Assembly: GCA_038064915.1 (NCBI GenBank)
Contig: JBBTSB010000002.1
Location: 1 to 55,700 of the forward strand
Length of the DNA: 55,700 bases
Direction of reading: 5' to 3'
Source of the DNA: Patescibacteria group bacterium
Lineage (GTDB): Bacteria; Patescibacteriota; Minisyncoccia; 2-02-FULL-40-12; IGHO2-01-FULL-4-A
The position numbers were made by a program, and so were the translations under genes. The notes beneath the pieces were generated by a model. The model was not told the origin of the DNA. It worked only from the letters and a program-made list of their open reading frames with translations, and did no database searches. Positions 17,134-26,005 of the stretch are shown one piece after another (the first letter of the stretch is position 1; each line of letters begins with the position of its first letter).

Positions 17134-18738
17134 ATGTCTCTTGAACAAGAACTCCGAAATTTGATCAAAGGCGGAGTCAGCACAGATCCCAAAACTCTGG
17201 ATCACTATTCGCGCGACTGGAGTTTGTTTCAGGTAATACCAAAACTCGTTGTATTCCCAAAGGATACCGAAGATATACAGGCCCTCGTGAAGTGGGGGAA
17301 GCTTTCGCTCACCGCTCGCGCTGCTGGTACTGATATGAGTGGCGGACCGCTTGGAGAAGGGGTGATTATGGATTTCACCAAGTATATCAACAAGCTCAAG
17401 GAAGTCGGGTCAGACTTTGCCATTGTGGAGCCAGGGATGTACTATCGAGATTTTGAAAAAGAAGTTGCAAGGTATGGACTTTTGTTTCCTTCCTATACTG
17501 CATCCAAGAGCCTTTGCGCGATTGGTGGCATGGTGGCAAACAACGCCGGCGGCGAGAAATCACTGACGTATGGAAAGACCGAGCGGTGGGTCAAAGAAAT
17601 CAAGATGGTGTGCGCAGACGGCGAAGAACATACGTTCTCTGCCGAACACCATGATGACCCGTACTCAAAGCAAATCTACGCACTATGCACTAACAACTAC
17701 GCACTTCTTCAATCCGCAAAGCCGAAAGTTTCCAAAAACTCGGCCGGCTACGCTCTCTGGAATGTTATCGACAAGGAAAAAAATATTTTCGACATGACGC
17801 AACTCATCACCGGTTCTCAAGGAACTCTTGGTATCATCACTGAAGTCACGCTAAAGCTGGTTCGCCCCAAGGAGCATTCTGCGCTCCTCGTGCTGATGAT
17901 CGATCAAAAACACTTTGGCGATCTGGGAAAGATTATTCTCAAAACGCTTGAGTTCAAACCGGAGAGCCTTGAGTCCTACGATGACCATACGTTTAAAATC
18001 GCCGTAAAATACCTGCCAAGTATGATCAGATCCATGGGAGCGGGAAATCTCATCTCACTGGGTCTCCAGTTTCTCCCCGAGGTCTGGATGGCTATGACCG
18101 GAGGAATACCTAAGATCATTCTCGTAGCTGAATTCACAGGAGACTCTGAAGAAGAAATTTACCAAAAAGCTCGCGCGGCCGAATCCGATATCAAACCATT
18201 TGGCATCCGCACCCACATCGCCAAAAACGACCAAGAAGAAAGCAAGTACTGGACGATCCGTCGCCAGAGCTTCAAGCTTTTGACCGATCACTCCCATGGC
18301 CAGCGAACTCTGCCCTTTATCGATGACATCGTGGTCAATCCCGAGCACCTGCCGGAATTTTTACCCCGGCTCCAGGAAATCATGTCACACTATGATCTGA
18401 CCTTTACTATCGCGGGCCACGCAGGGGATGGCAATTTTCATATCATACCCCTGGACAAGATCGGTGATCAAAAACTTAAAACCATCGTTCCCGAGCTTTC
18501 TGAAAAAGTTTTCGATCTGGTCGCAGAGTACAAAGGTTCTCTGACCGGAGAGCACAACGACGGACTTGTACGCACGCCGTATCTCAACAAAATGTTCAGT
18601 CCCGAAGTGTTACAGCTCTTTGCTGAAGTAAAAAAAATCTTTGATCCCAAGAATATCTTCAACCCTGGCAAAAAAACAGGCGAAACCCTGGACTATGAGG
18701 TCAAACACATTGACCTTGATCCCACTCGGCATTGGTAG
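17134..18738 (+). CDS. FAD-linked oxidoreductase (GlcD / D-lactate dehydrogenase-like)
   Basis: ARAAGTDMSG, AIGGMVANNAGG, GSQGTLGIITE, GHAGDGNFH, LTGEHNDGLVR, DPKNIFNPGK. Confidence 0.88.
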   Translation: MSLEQELRNLIKGGVSTDPKTLDHYSRDWSLFQVIPKLVVFPKDTEDIQALVKWGKLSLTARAAGTDMSGGPLGEGVIMDFTKYINKLKEVGSDFAIVEPGMYYRDFEKEVARYGLLFPSYTASKSLCAIGGMVANNAGGEKSLTYGKTERWVKEIKMVCADGEEHTFSAEHHDDPYSKQIYALCTNNYALLQSAKPKVSKNSAGYALWNVIDKEKNIFDMTQLITGSQGTLGIITEVTLKLVRPKEHSALLVLMIDQKHFGDLGKIILKTLEFKPESLESYDDHTFKIAVKYLPSMIRSMGAGNLISLGLQFLPEVWMAMTGGIPKIILVAEFTGDSEEEIYQKARAAESDIKPFGIRTHIAKNDQEESKYWTIRRQSFKLLTDHSHGQRTLPFIDDIVVNPEHLPEFLPRLQEIMSHYDLTFTIAGHAGDGNFHIIPLDKIGDQKLKTIVPELSEKVFDLVAEYKGSLTGEHNDGLVRTPYLNKMFSPEVLQLFAEVKKIFDPKNIFNPGKKTGETLDYEVKHIDLDPTRHW

Positions 18739-18753
18739 TATACTGCGTCCATT

Positions 18754-19308
18754 ATGTCACCACTCATTATTATTCTCATAGTTGCAGGGTTGGTTGCGGT
18801 ATGGCTTATTGCCACATTCAATGGCCTCGTTCGGGCTCGGAATCGAGTCAAAGAAGCCTGGTCGGACATCGATGTCCAACTCAAACGTCGGTATGACCTT
18901 ATTCCAAATTTGGTAGAAACCGTCAAAGGCTACGCCAAGCATGAATCTGGAGTTTTTGAAAATGTCACGAAGGCACGCGCGGCGGCCATGGGCGCCCAAA
19001 CAGTCGCCGAGCATGGCCAAGCCGAAAACATGCTCGCCGGAGCGCTCAAGAGTTTGTTTGCGGTTTCGGAAGCCTATCCGGACCTCAAGGCAAACATGAA
19101 TTTTGGCAAACTCCAAGACGAACTATCGGATACTGAAAACAAAATCCAAGCCGCCCGACGGTTTTATAATTCCAATGTGCTGAATCTGAATACCAAGATC
19201 GAAACCTTCCCGACCAATATGATCGCAGGAATGTTTGGATTTGCAAAGGAAGCGTTTTTCGAAATTGAAAACCCAGCGGAAAAAGAAAATGTCAAAGTAA
19301 GTTTCTAA
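18754..19308 (+). CDS. lemA: LemA family protein
   Basis: [45 protein letters not shown]. Confidence 0.95.
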   Translation: MSPLIIILIVAGLVAVWLIATFNGLVRARNRVKEAWSDIDVQLKRRYDLIPNLVETVKGYAKHESGVFENVTKARAAAMGAQTVAEHGQAENMLAGALKSLFAVSEAYPDLKANMNFGKLQDELSDTENKIQAARRFYNSNVLNLNTKIETFPTNMIAGMFGFAKEAFFEIENPAEKENVKVSF

Positions 19309-20934
19309 ATGCCAAAAACAAAATTTATCTTCATAGTCGGAGGTGTCATGTCCGGAATCGGCAAGGGCATCACCACCAGCTCGATCGGCCGTGTCCTCAA
19401 GGACTACGGCTTTTCGGTTACGGCCTGTAAAATTGATCCATACTTCAACGTAGATGCCGGGACGCTCAACCCCATCGTACATGGTGAAGTTTTTGTGACG
19501 GATGACGGAACGGAAGCAGATCAAGATTTAGGAAACTACGAGCGATTCCTGGAACAGGACATGGGGAAAGATAACATCATGACCTCCGGCCTCGTGTACC
19601 GCACGGTCATCGAACGCGAACGCAATCTTGAGTACGGTGGCAAGGATGTGCAAATGATGAGCGATGTACCAGATGAGGTGATCCGCCGCATCAAGCATAC
19701 CGCTGAAAGAACGAAATCAGAGTTTATCATCGTCGAAATCGGTGGCACAGCAGGGGACAACGAAAATCTCGTATTCCTCGAAGCGGCGCGTGTAATGAAG
19801 CTCAACAATCCAAGCGATGTTCTGTTTGTTCTGGTGAGTTACCTTCCGGTCCTTCACAGCGTAGGTGAAATGAAATCTAAACCCACTCAACATGCTGTGC
19901 GCGCACTTAACTCTGTTGGTATTCAGACGGATATCTTGATCGCCCGATCTCGCGTACCCATGGATCAGCCTCGAAAAGAAAAGATTTCGCGCATCTGCAA
20001 CATGCACGCGGATGATATCATTTCTGCTCCTGACGTTGCGTCCATCTACGAAGTACCGCTCAATTTTGAGCGTGATCACATCGGCAAGCGAATTTTGGAA
20101 AAATTAGATTTGAAAGTAAAGAAACACGACAGCAGTCAGTGGCAAAAACTTGTCGATTCCATCGGTAAAGCAAGAAATTCAGTCAAAATTGGCATTGTGG
20201 GAAAGTACTTCGTTAGCGGAGATTTTTCTCTCACCGATGCATACCTCTCCGTGATCGAAGCGATCAAACACGCCTCCTGGGCGCATGGACGCAAGCCCGA
20301 AATTACTTGGATTGATGCGGCCACGTACGAAAGAGATAAGGAAAAGATCAAGGAGCTTTCAGATTATAGCGGCATAATTGTACCGGGAGGGTTTGGGGAG
20401 CGAGGAATTGAAGGCAAAATCCTCGCCGTAGAATACACACGGAAGAACAACATCCCGTACCTTGGACTCTGCTATGGACTTCAGATGGCAGTGATTGAAT
20501 ATGCGCGCAATGTGGTTGGTCTCCAAGGTGCACATACTACCGAGATTGATCCCAAAACTCCGCATCCGGTTGTTCATACCCTGCCGGATCAAATCAAAAA
20601 GATAGCACTCAAACAGATGGGGGGAACGATGCGTCTTGGCGCATATGACTGCAATCTGAAAAAGGGAAGTCTCGCCGAAAAACTCTATGGCACCAAAAAA
20701 ATATCCGAACGCCACCGCCATCGCTATGAAGTCAACAACGAATACAAAGAACAAATAGAGAAGGCTGGTCTCATGATCTCCGGCACCAATCCACAATCCA
20801 ATCTCGCCGAAATCATCGAGCTACCTGGACACAAGTTTTTTATGGGATCGCAATTTCATCCAGAACTGAAAAGCAGACCGTTGCACCCACATCCTCTGTT
20901 TCTAGGTTTTATTGAAGCGGCAATACGATCCTAA
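19309..20934 (+). CDS. pyrG: CTP synthase
   Basis: GGVMSGIGKG, DPYFNVDAGT, HGEVFVTDDG, PGGFG, GLCYGLQ, ERHRHRYE, QFHPE. Confidence 0.97.
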   Translation: MPKTKFIFIVGGVMSGIGKGITTSSIGRVLKDYGFSVTACKIDPYFNVDAGTLNPIVHGEVFVTDDGTEADQDLGNYERFLEQDMGKDNIMTSGLVYRTVIERERNLEYGGKDVQMMSDVPDEVIRRIKHTAERTKSEFIIVEIGGTAGDNENLVFLEAARVMKLNNPSDVLFVLVSYLPVLHSVGEMKSKPTQHAVRALNSVGIQTDILIARSRVPMDQPRKEKISRICNMHADDIISAPDVASIYEVPLNFERDHIGKRILEKLDLKVKKHDSSQWQKLVDSIGKARNSVKIGIVGKYFVSGDFSLTDAYLSVIEAIKHASWAHGRKPEITWIDAATYERDKEKIKELSDYSGIIVPGGFGERGIEGKILAVEYTRKNNIPYLGLCYGLQMAVIEYARNVVGLQGAHTTEIDPKTPHPVVHTLPDQIKKIALKQMGGTMRLGAYDCNLKKGSLAEKLYGTKKISERHRHRYEVNNEYKEQIEKAGLMISGTNPQSNLAEIIELPGHKFFMGSQFHPELKSRPLHPHPLFLGFIEAAIRS

Positions 20935-21016
20935 TTTTCAATTTGCAATTTCCAATTTTCAATCAATTCTTAAATTTAAATATTGAAAATTCACTGAAAA
21001 TTGATAATTGAAAATT
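20933..21016. repeat. Palindromic array of AATTTTC-type heptamers between pyrG and htpX
   Basis: Left arm AATTTTC AATTTGC AATTTCC AATTTTC; right arm GAAAATT x3 plus GATAATT (reverse complement). Confidence 0.8.
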
Positions 21017-21023
21017 CTAAATT

Positions 21024-21926
21024 ATGCCCAACCTATATACCAACAAAAGCTCCAATATCCGTAAAACTGTTTTATTGATGACAGTCTTTTTGGTACTGCT
21101 CATCGCCGTCGGCTATGCGCTCTCGATGTATTTTGGTGACGTAAACATCCTTTATATCGCCATCATCTTGAGTATCGTGATGAACTTTGCCGCCTACTGG
21201 TGGTCGGACAAAATCGCGCTCTCTATGTCGAGAGCTCATGCTGTTTCCCGCACTGAAGCAGTTGAGTTATACCGAATCGTAGAAAATCTCTGCATCACCG
21301 CCGGCCTTCCTCTACCAAAAATCTATATTATGCAAGCCGCGCAGATCAATGCCTTTGCCACGGGCCGCAATCCCGAGCATGCGGCTATCGCGGTCACTAC
21401 AGGCGCTTTGCAAAAATTAAATAACGAGGAACTCGAAGGCGTCCTCGCCCATGAGATGTCTCACATCGGCAACAGAGATATTTTGATTTCATCGGTTGTA
21501 GTTGTCTTGGCTGGTGTGATTGCCATCGTAGCCGATATAGGCCTTCGTATGTCTTTCTTTGGAGGACGCCGCCGAAGCAATGACAATGGTGGGGGAGGCA
21601 TCGGCCTCATCATCGGACTTGCCGCCATGATCATCGCACCCATTGCCGCCACCATGATCCGCCTCGCCGTCTCTCGCCAACGCGAATATCTTGCCGATAC
21701 CTCCGGTGCATTGCTGACCCGCTACCCCGATGGCCTAGCCTCTGCCCTTGAAAAAATCCGTGCCGATCACACCGTCATGCCCCACACCCACACCGCCACC
21801 GCGCACCTCTTCATCGGCAATCCTCTGAACGAAGACGACACCGAAGAACCCAGTTTCCTGGCAAAGCTTTTCATGACGCATCCACCTTTGTCGGATAGGA
21901 TAAAAAGATTAAGAGAGACAAGATAA
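21024..21926 (+). CDS. htpX: HtpX-like M48 zinc metalloprotease
   Basis: NAFATGRNPEHA, ELEGVLAHEMSHI, SRQREYLAD, LASALEKI, THPPLSDRI. Confidence 0.94.
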   Translation: MPNLYTNKSSNIRKTVLLMTVFLVLLIAVGYALSMYFGDVNILYIAIILSIVMNFAAYWWSDKIALSMSRAHAVSRTEAVELYRIVENLCITAGLPLPKIYIMQAAQINAFATGRNPEHAAIAVTTGALQKLNNEELEGVLAHEMSHIGNRDILISSVVVVLAGVIAIVADIGLRMSFFGGRRRSNDNGGGGIGLIIGLAAMIIAPIAATMIRLAVSRQREYLADTSGALLTRYPDGLASALEKIRADHTVMPHTHTATAHLFIGNPLNEDDTEEPSFLAKLFMTHPPLSDRIKRLRETR

Positions 21927-21928
21927 AA

Positions 21929-22717
21929 ATGGCCAGAGAAAAACCCAAAATCAAAGCCGGAACCGTGGAACTCGGAGAAATGCTTGGTCATGGTCTTGAA
22001 AAAGCAGTATATGAAAACAAAAATAACCCTGATCAAATAATCGGGATTTATCTGAAAGGATGGAAACGAAAACCTGAAGTTACTAAAGCTCGATACTATC
22101 TGACGAACATACTTCATATGCTCTATCCTAAGTGGTTTTATACGATCCATCAGGTAGGGCATGAACAATTGTATAAGAAAGGTACGCAAAAAACTGCAAA
22201 TTATTTTATCGCAGATAAGATGGTGCTCGGGGAAGATCATAAAAGAATGGAGGAACTTGGGTATTTGGGAGATGAAAATGAAAAAAAAGAAATCGACAAA
22301 CGCTTACGTTCAGATCCTCAATATCTTGATTTCATTCAGGAAATGGAACGCATCGGAATGATGGTAGGCCATACGACACCAGGAGGAGTTGAATCAACCA
22401 CCGGAAATTTTTCAAAAGATCCTGAAGGAAACCTTCAGTATGTTGACACCATCGATCCTTTTTTTGATCACGGCCGCTTGGTATGGGATGAGTTAGAGCT
22501 TGCATTCAGCCCAATCAAGCTCAAAACTCGCATCATGGAAAAACTTTCAGGCCATGAGCAAGTTCAAGCCTTGGCATATCTCGATAGAATTCTTGTTCTA
22601 AAAAATGAACTGCAAGAAAAATTAATTCAAGAAAAGCAAAAACAAGAAATAGAGGTTAATCGTAGAAATCAAAAAAATCTGGAAGAAGTACGAAAAATGC
22701 GAAAACCAAAAAAGTGA
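21929..22717 (+). CDS. Hypothetical protein with weak kinase-like motifs
   Basis: 262 aa; LGHGLEKAVY and GNF.KD..GNLQYVD. Confidence 0.6.
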   Translation: MAREKPKIKAGTVELGEMLGHGLEKAVYENKNNPDQIIGIYLKGWKRKPEVTKARYYLTNILHMLYPKWFYTIHQVGHEQLYKKGTQKTANYFIADKMVLGEDHKRMEELGYLGDENEKKEIDKRLRSDPQYLDFIQEMERIGMMVGHTTPGGVESTTGNFSKDPEGNLQYVDTIDPFFDHGRLVWDELELAFSPIKLKTRIMEKLSGHEQVQALAYLDRILVLKNELQEKLIQEKQKQEIEVNRRNQKNLEEVRKMRKPKK

Positions 22718-22797
22718 TCAACCGCGATTTGGCAGAATCCTACAAAACCTGGTTCCGGCTGATTTGGGATTTCTTGCCGGAAAAGAAAAAATAACTC

Positions 22798-22846
22798 TTG
22801 ACTCCATTTTCCCGTCTTGGTAGTATATATAAGATACATATATAAT
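22798..22846 (+). promoter_or_regulatory. TA promoter TTGACT-N17-TAGTAT with operator-like inverted repeat TATATAT-N7-ATATATA
   Basis: Hexamers at 22798-22803 and 22821-22826; inverted repeat at 22824-22844 overlaps the -10 and start site. Confidence 0.62.
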
Positions 22847-22859
22847 CCATATACATACC

Positions 22860-23117
22860 ATGGCTATAGTAAATTTTACGATTCCAAAAGAGCTTGAGCG
22901 GCAGGTAACCGCCGTGATTAAAAAGCGTGGTTTTGCGAGCAAAGCAGAGTTTTTCCGCTTCAGCGCGATGCGCTTTGTAATGGAAGAGTCTCGAAAACCA
23001 TTTGCCACCCAGGATGAGCGCCGAGCGTACTTAGTCCAGGAGATTGAACGAGAAATTGCACACCGATTCAAGGGGAAAAAATTTCCATCGCTGGAGAAAG
23101 TACTGGCCAATGTATAA
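22860..23117 (+). CDS. Ribbon-helix-helix (CopG-like) antitoxin candidate
   Basis: N-terminal VNFTIPKELERQV...GFASKAEFFR pattern; upstream of and overlapping the toxin-like ORF. Confidence 0.72.
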   Translation: MAIVNFTIPKELERQVTAVIKKRGFASKAEFFRFSAMRFVMEESRKPFATQDERRAYLVQEIEREIAHRFKGKKFPSLEKVLANV

Positions 23118-23454
23118 ACCGCTCTGGCTCCCGCATTTTGGTCGTCAGCTCAAGCAACTGAGCAAGAAATATGTTCATCTCCAAGAAGTCATCACGAAGG
23201 CTTTGCATCGTTTCCGAAAAGATCAAACTGTTTCTCTTGGCGACAATCTGTATAAACTCCGCTTAGCATCGAAAAAGGACATTCCACGCGGCAAAAATAA
23301 ATCATTTCGCCTGGTCTTGCTGGTGTTGGAAACAAAATCCGCCCTGGTACCCGTCACAATCTATTTCAAAGGAGACCGGCGGGACATGTCTGTTCGAGAA
23401 CTCAATGATCACCTTGAAGTTATTCTCACAGAATTACGATCATATGAAAACTAA
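23110..23454 (+). CDS. RelE/HigB-like toxin candidate
   Basis: 114 aa basic protein: F.RQLKQL.KKY, LYKLRL, GKNKSFRLV, IYFKGDR. Confidence 0.68.
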   Translation: MYKPLWLPHFGRQLKQLSKKYVHLQEVITKALHRFRKDQTVSLGDNLYKLRLASKKDIPRGKNKSFRLVLLVLETKSALVPVTIYFKGDRRDMSVRELNDHLEVILTELRSYEN

Positions 23455-24811
23455 CAAAACACAACCGTTTCGCAACAAAAAAGTCCTCATTTTTGGGCTT
23501 GGCCTGCTTGGGGGTGGGGTTGCGACGGCGAATTGGTTTATCAAGCAGGGAGCCAAGGTCACGATTACGGATCTGAAGAATGCAAAGCAGCTTGCGCCAT
23601 CGATCAAACAGCTCAAAGGCAAATACAAGCTCGCGCTTGGCAAGCATAAAGTTTCGGACATCAAAACAGCCGATATTGTTGTTTTGAATCCCGGTGTTCC
23701 GGCAAATCATCCACTGCTGAAGAAAGCAAAACAAGTGGTCAACGAAGCTACTATTTTTTATAATTCTTTCCCCGGAAAAATTGTTGGCGTAACGGGTACC
23801 CGCGGAAAGACAACTACCGCAAACTGGATTGCGCACTTGATTGGCAAAGAAGTAATCTTAGCGGGAAATAATCCGGAGCATGCATTTCTGAAAGCTATCG
23901 AAGCTAAAGCAGCTAATGAAGCTAGCGAAGCTGTTACTGAAATGTCTTCTTTCTCTCTTGAATTATTCACCCCCGAAACTCGAAAGCCTGATATCGCCGT
24001 CATCACCAATATCTACCAAGATCACTTTAATCGATACAAAAACTACCGTGACTATGTTGCCACCAAGGCAAATTTGTTTATCAATCAAAAAGCCGATCAA
24101 CATGTCATATTGAACTACGACAACTCCTGGACGTCGCATCTCTTGAGTCTGCCACACAAGTCTAATGAGTGGTTTTTTTCGCTTACCAAGCTTCCGGAAA
24201 AGTTTGATGGTCTCCATTATGAAAATGGTCGGGGATATTTTTTGGGCAAGCCGGTGTTGGAACTTGCAAAGTTTTCTGCCACATGGGGTAATCACAATGT
24301 AGAAAATCTTCTGGCCGCCGCTCTTGCGGCACATCTGAGTGGTGTCTCGTGGACTGATATACAATCAAAACTTTCCACAATGCCAAACGTTCCGTTTAGA
24401 CAGGAAGTTGTTTTTCAGAACAACCATCTCACTATCATCAATGACACCACGGCAACATCACCTGAAGGCACGATTGCCGCCGTAAAGCGCTTCGGCTCAC
24501 CAACGACAGTCCTGATCACGGGTGGAACGGATCGTATGCTGGAATACAAAACCTGGGCAAAGATTATTCTCAATTACATCGTGCCTGAGCATATTGTCCT
24601 TCTTGATGGTAGCGCGACAAAAAAAATGTTGCATGCGCTAAACAAAAAACTTCACACGTATCCGACGCTCAAGATCTGCCTGGAAGCCGCTTTGGCTATG
24701 GGGCCGCACGTAATACTGTTTTCCCCGGGATCCAAGAGTTTTGAAAAATTTACCAACGAATACGACCGGGGAGAACAGTTTAATGCTCTCGTCAAACGTC
24801 TCATAAAGTGA
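23444..24811 (+). CDS. murD: UDP-N-acetylmuramoyl-L-alanine--D-glutamate ligase
   Basis: VLIFGLGLLGGG, LNPGVP, GVTGTRGKTTT, EMSSFSLE, NIYQDHFNRY, NDTTATSP, LFSPGSKSFEKF.NEYDRG. Confidence 0.93.
   Translation: MKTNKTQPFRNKKVLIFGLGLLGGGVATANWFIKQGAKVTITDLKNAKQLAPSIKQLKGKYKLALGKHKVSDIKTADIVVLNPGVPANHPLLKKAKQVVNEATIFYNSFPGKIVGVTGTRGKTTTANWIAHLIGKEVILAGNNPEHAFLKAIEAKAANEASEAVTEMSSFSLELFTPETRKPDIAVITNIYQDHFNRYKNYRDYVATKANLFINQKADQHVILNYDNSWTSHLLSLPHKSNEWFFSLTKLPEKFDGLHYENGRGYFLGKPVLELAKFSATWGNHNVENLLAAALAAHLSGVSWTDIQSKLSTMPNVPFRQEVVFQNNHLTIINDTTATSPEGTIAAVKRFGSPTTVLITGGTDRMLEYKTWAKIILNYIVPEHIVLLDGSATKKMLHALNKKLHTYPTLKICLEAALAMGPHVILFSPGSKSFEKFTNEYDRGEQFNALVKRLIK
23891..23935 (+). repeat. Degenerate 9-nt tandem repeat (core AGCT) x5 in frame in murD
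   Basis: AAAGCTATC GAAGCTAAA GCAGCTAAT GAAGCTAGC GAAGCTGTT = KAIEAKAANEASEAV. Confidence 0.7.
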
Positions 24812-24844
24812 TATAACAAACGATAGGAAAGTTGATAGTGTTCA

Positions 24845-24873
24845 TTTACACGAATCAATAAGCACGCTATAAT
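24845..24873 (+). promoter_or_regulatory. Promoter TTTACA-N17-TATAAT (predicted leaderless) with palindrome ACGCTA-TAA-TAGCGT over the -10
   Basis: The -10 ends 7 nt before ATG 24881. Confidence 0.7.
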
Positions 24874-24880
24874 AGCGTAC

Positions 24881-25306
24881 ATGGATAGAAAAACATTAAC
24901 TATCCTTGGGGCATCGTTATATGCTTGCGTGGGTACCAAAGCACGGAGAGATTTTCGATCAAAAAATCGATATATTTATTCGATGGAGTTAACAAATTCA
25001 GATCCAAACATAATCAGAAGTTTCTCGACTTTCATGAAAGAGATCATCAGAGCCGACTGGAAGCGAGTAAGAGGACAGTTATTTTTTTATCCTGACTTGG
25101 ACGAGAATAAGCTAAAAGCGATTTGGTCTGAAGCGTCTGGTATTCCTATGGATCAGTTTCAAAAATCGATTTGTTTGAAACAAAAAACAGGAAAGTTTAA
25201 AGCAAATCCTTTAGGAACATTTAAAATTAGATATTCCTGTAAAGAGCATTTCTTAAAGCTACAGGAAATGATTGATAATTTGTGGAGAGGTCGCATAGTG
25301 GCCTAG
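24881..25306 (+). CDS. LAGLIDADG-like (homing endonuclease fold) protein of the CPR tRNA-associated type
   Basis: LGASLYACVGTK helix, ELTNSDPNIIRSF..F, KAIWSEASGIP, GTFKIRY; the last codons are encoded by the tRNA 5' end. Confidence 0.6.
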   Translation: MDRKTLTILGASLYACVGTKARRDFRSKNRYIYSMELTNSDPNIIRSFSTFMKEIIRADWKRVRGQLFFYPDLDENKLKAIWSEASGIPMDQFQKSICLKQKTGKFKANPLGTFKIRYSCKEHFLKLQEMIDNLWRGRIVA

Positions 25307-25373
25307 TGCGCCGCCTTGGAAAGGCGGTATACTCGAAAGGGTATCGAGGGTTCAAATCCCTCCCTCTCCGCCA
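25284..25373 (+). tRNA. tRNA-Ser(GGA)
   Basis: GGAGAGG/CCTCTCC acceptor, anticodon arm CCGCC-TT-GGA-AA-GGCGG, long variable arm, encoded CCA. Confidence 0.96.
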
Positions 25374-25416
25374 AAAATTGTAATAAACAAACTTATTGAC
25401 AAAATATTTTTAAGTT

Positions 25417-25980
25417 ATGGAAAAAGAAAATCTTAAAAACTCATTGTCTAAAAAACGAAGGGTAAGCCTAATGGTTTTGTTTTTGCTGGTAGTAATCATT
25501 TCCACTTCTTATATTACATCCTATGTAATAAAACAGGGTCATAAGTTTGATCTACTTTATCAGTACGAAGTCATACCCGACATTGAACTAAAAAATACCC
25601 TACTTGAAACACAAAATGGCCTAATCGGGGAGATACGCGGTTTTGTAAAATTTGATAATGTTGCAGATCAGCCATCAAATTCGCGACAATATTATATTCT
25701 TCAGACGCTCAACAAATTTGACGAGAATTCACATCAGCATTTCTCACTGGAGGAAGTAATAAAGATGCAATATCTTTCGCCAAGAAGTTTGGGTGTCTCG
25801 GAATTAGTTGAAGTAAGTAAAACTGGCAACACTATAACGTTGGAAGATGAAAACGGAAATAAGTTTTTTATTGATAAATTAACCAAATACGTCTCGATGC
25901 GAGATACTAACGGAGACAGTGCTTCATTGATTACAGATGATGGTGGCTACAGAGATTTCGTTGAAGGATGGTTAAAATAA
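25417..25980 (+). CDS. Hypothetical single-TM protein (AT-rich) at the tRNA 3' end
   Basis: 187 aa; basic N-terminus then a hydrophobic helix. Confidence 0.72.
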   Translation: MEKENLKNSLSKKRRVSLMVLFLLVVIISTSYITSYVIKQGHKFDLLYQYEVIPDIELKNTLLETQNGLIGEIRGFVKFDNVADQPSNSRQYYILQTLNKFDENSHQHFSLEEVIKMQYLSPRSLGVSELVEVSKTGNTITLEDENGNKFFIDKLTKYVSMRDTNGDSASLITDDGGYRDFVEGWLK

Positions 25981-26005
25981 TCTTAGGTTGTCTTTGTTTC
26001 TATAT

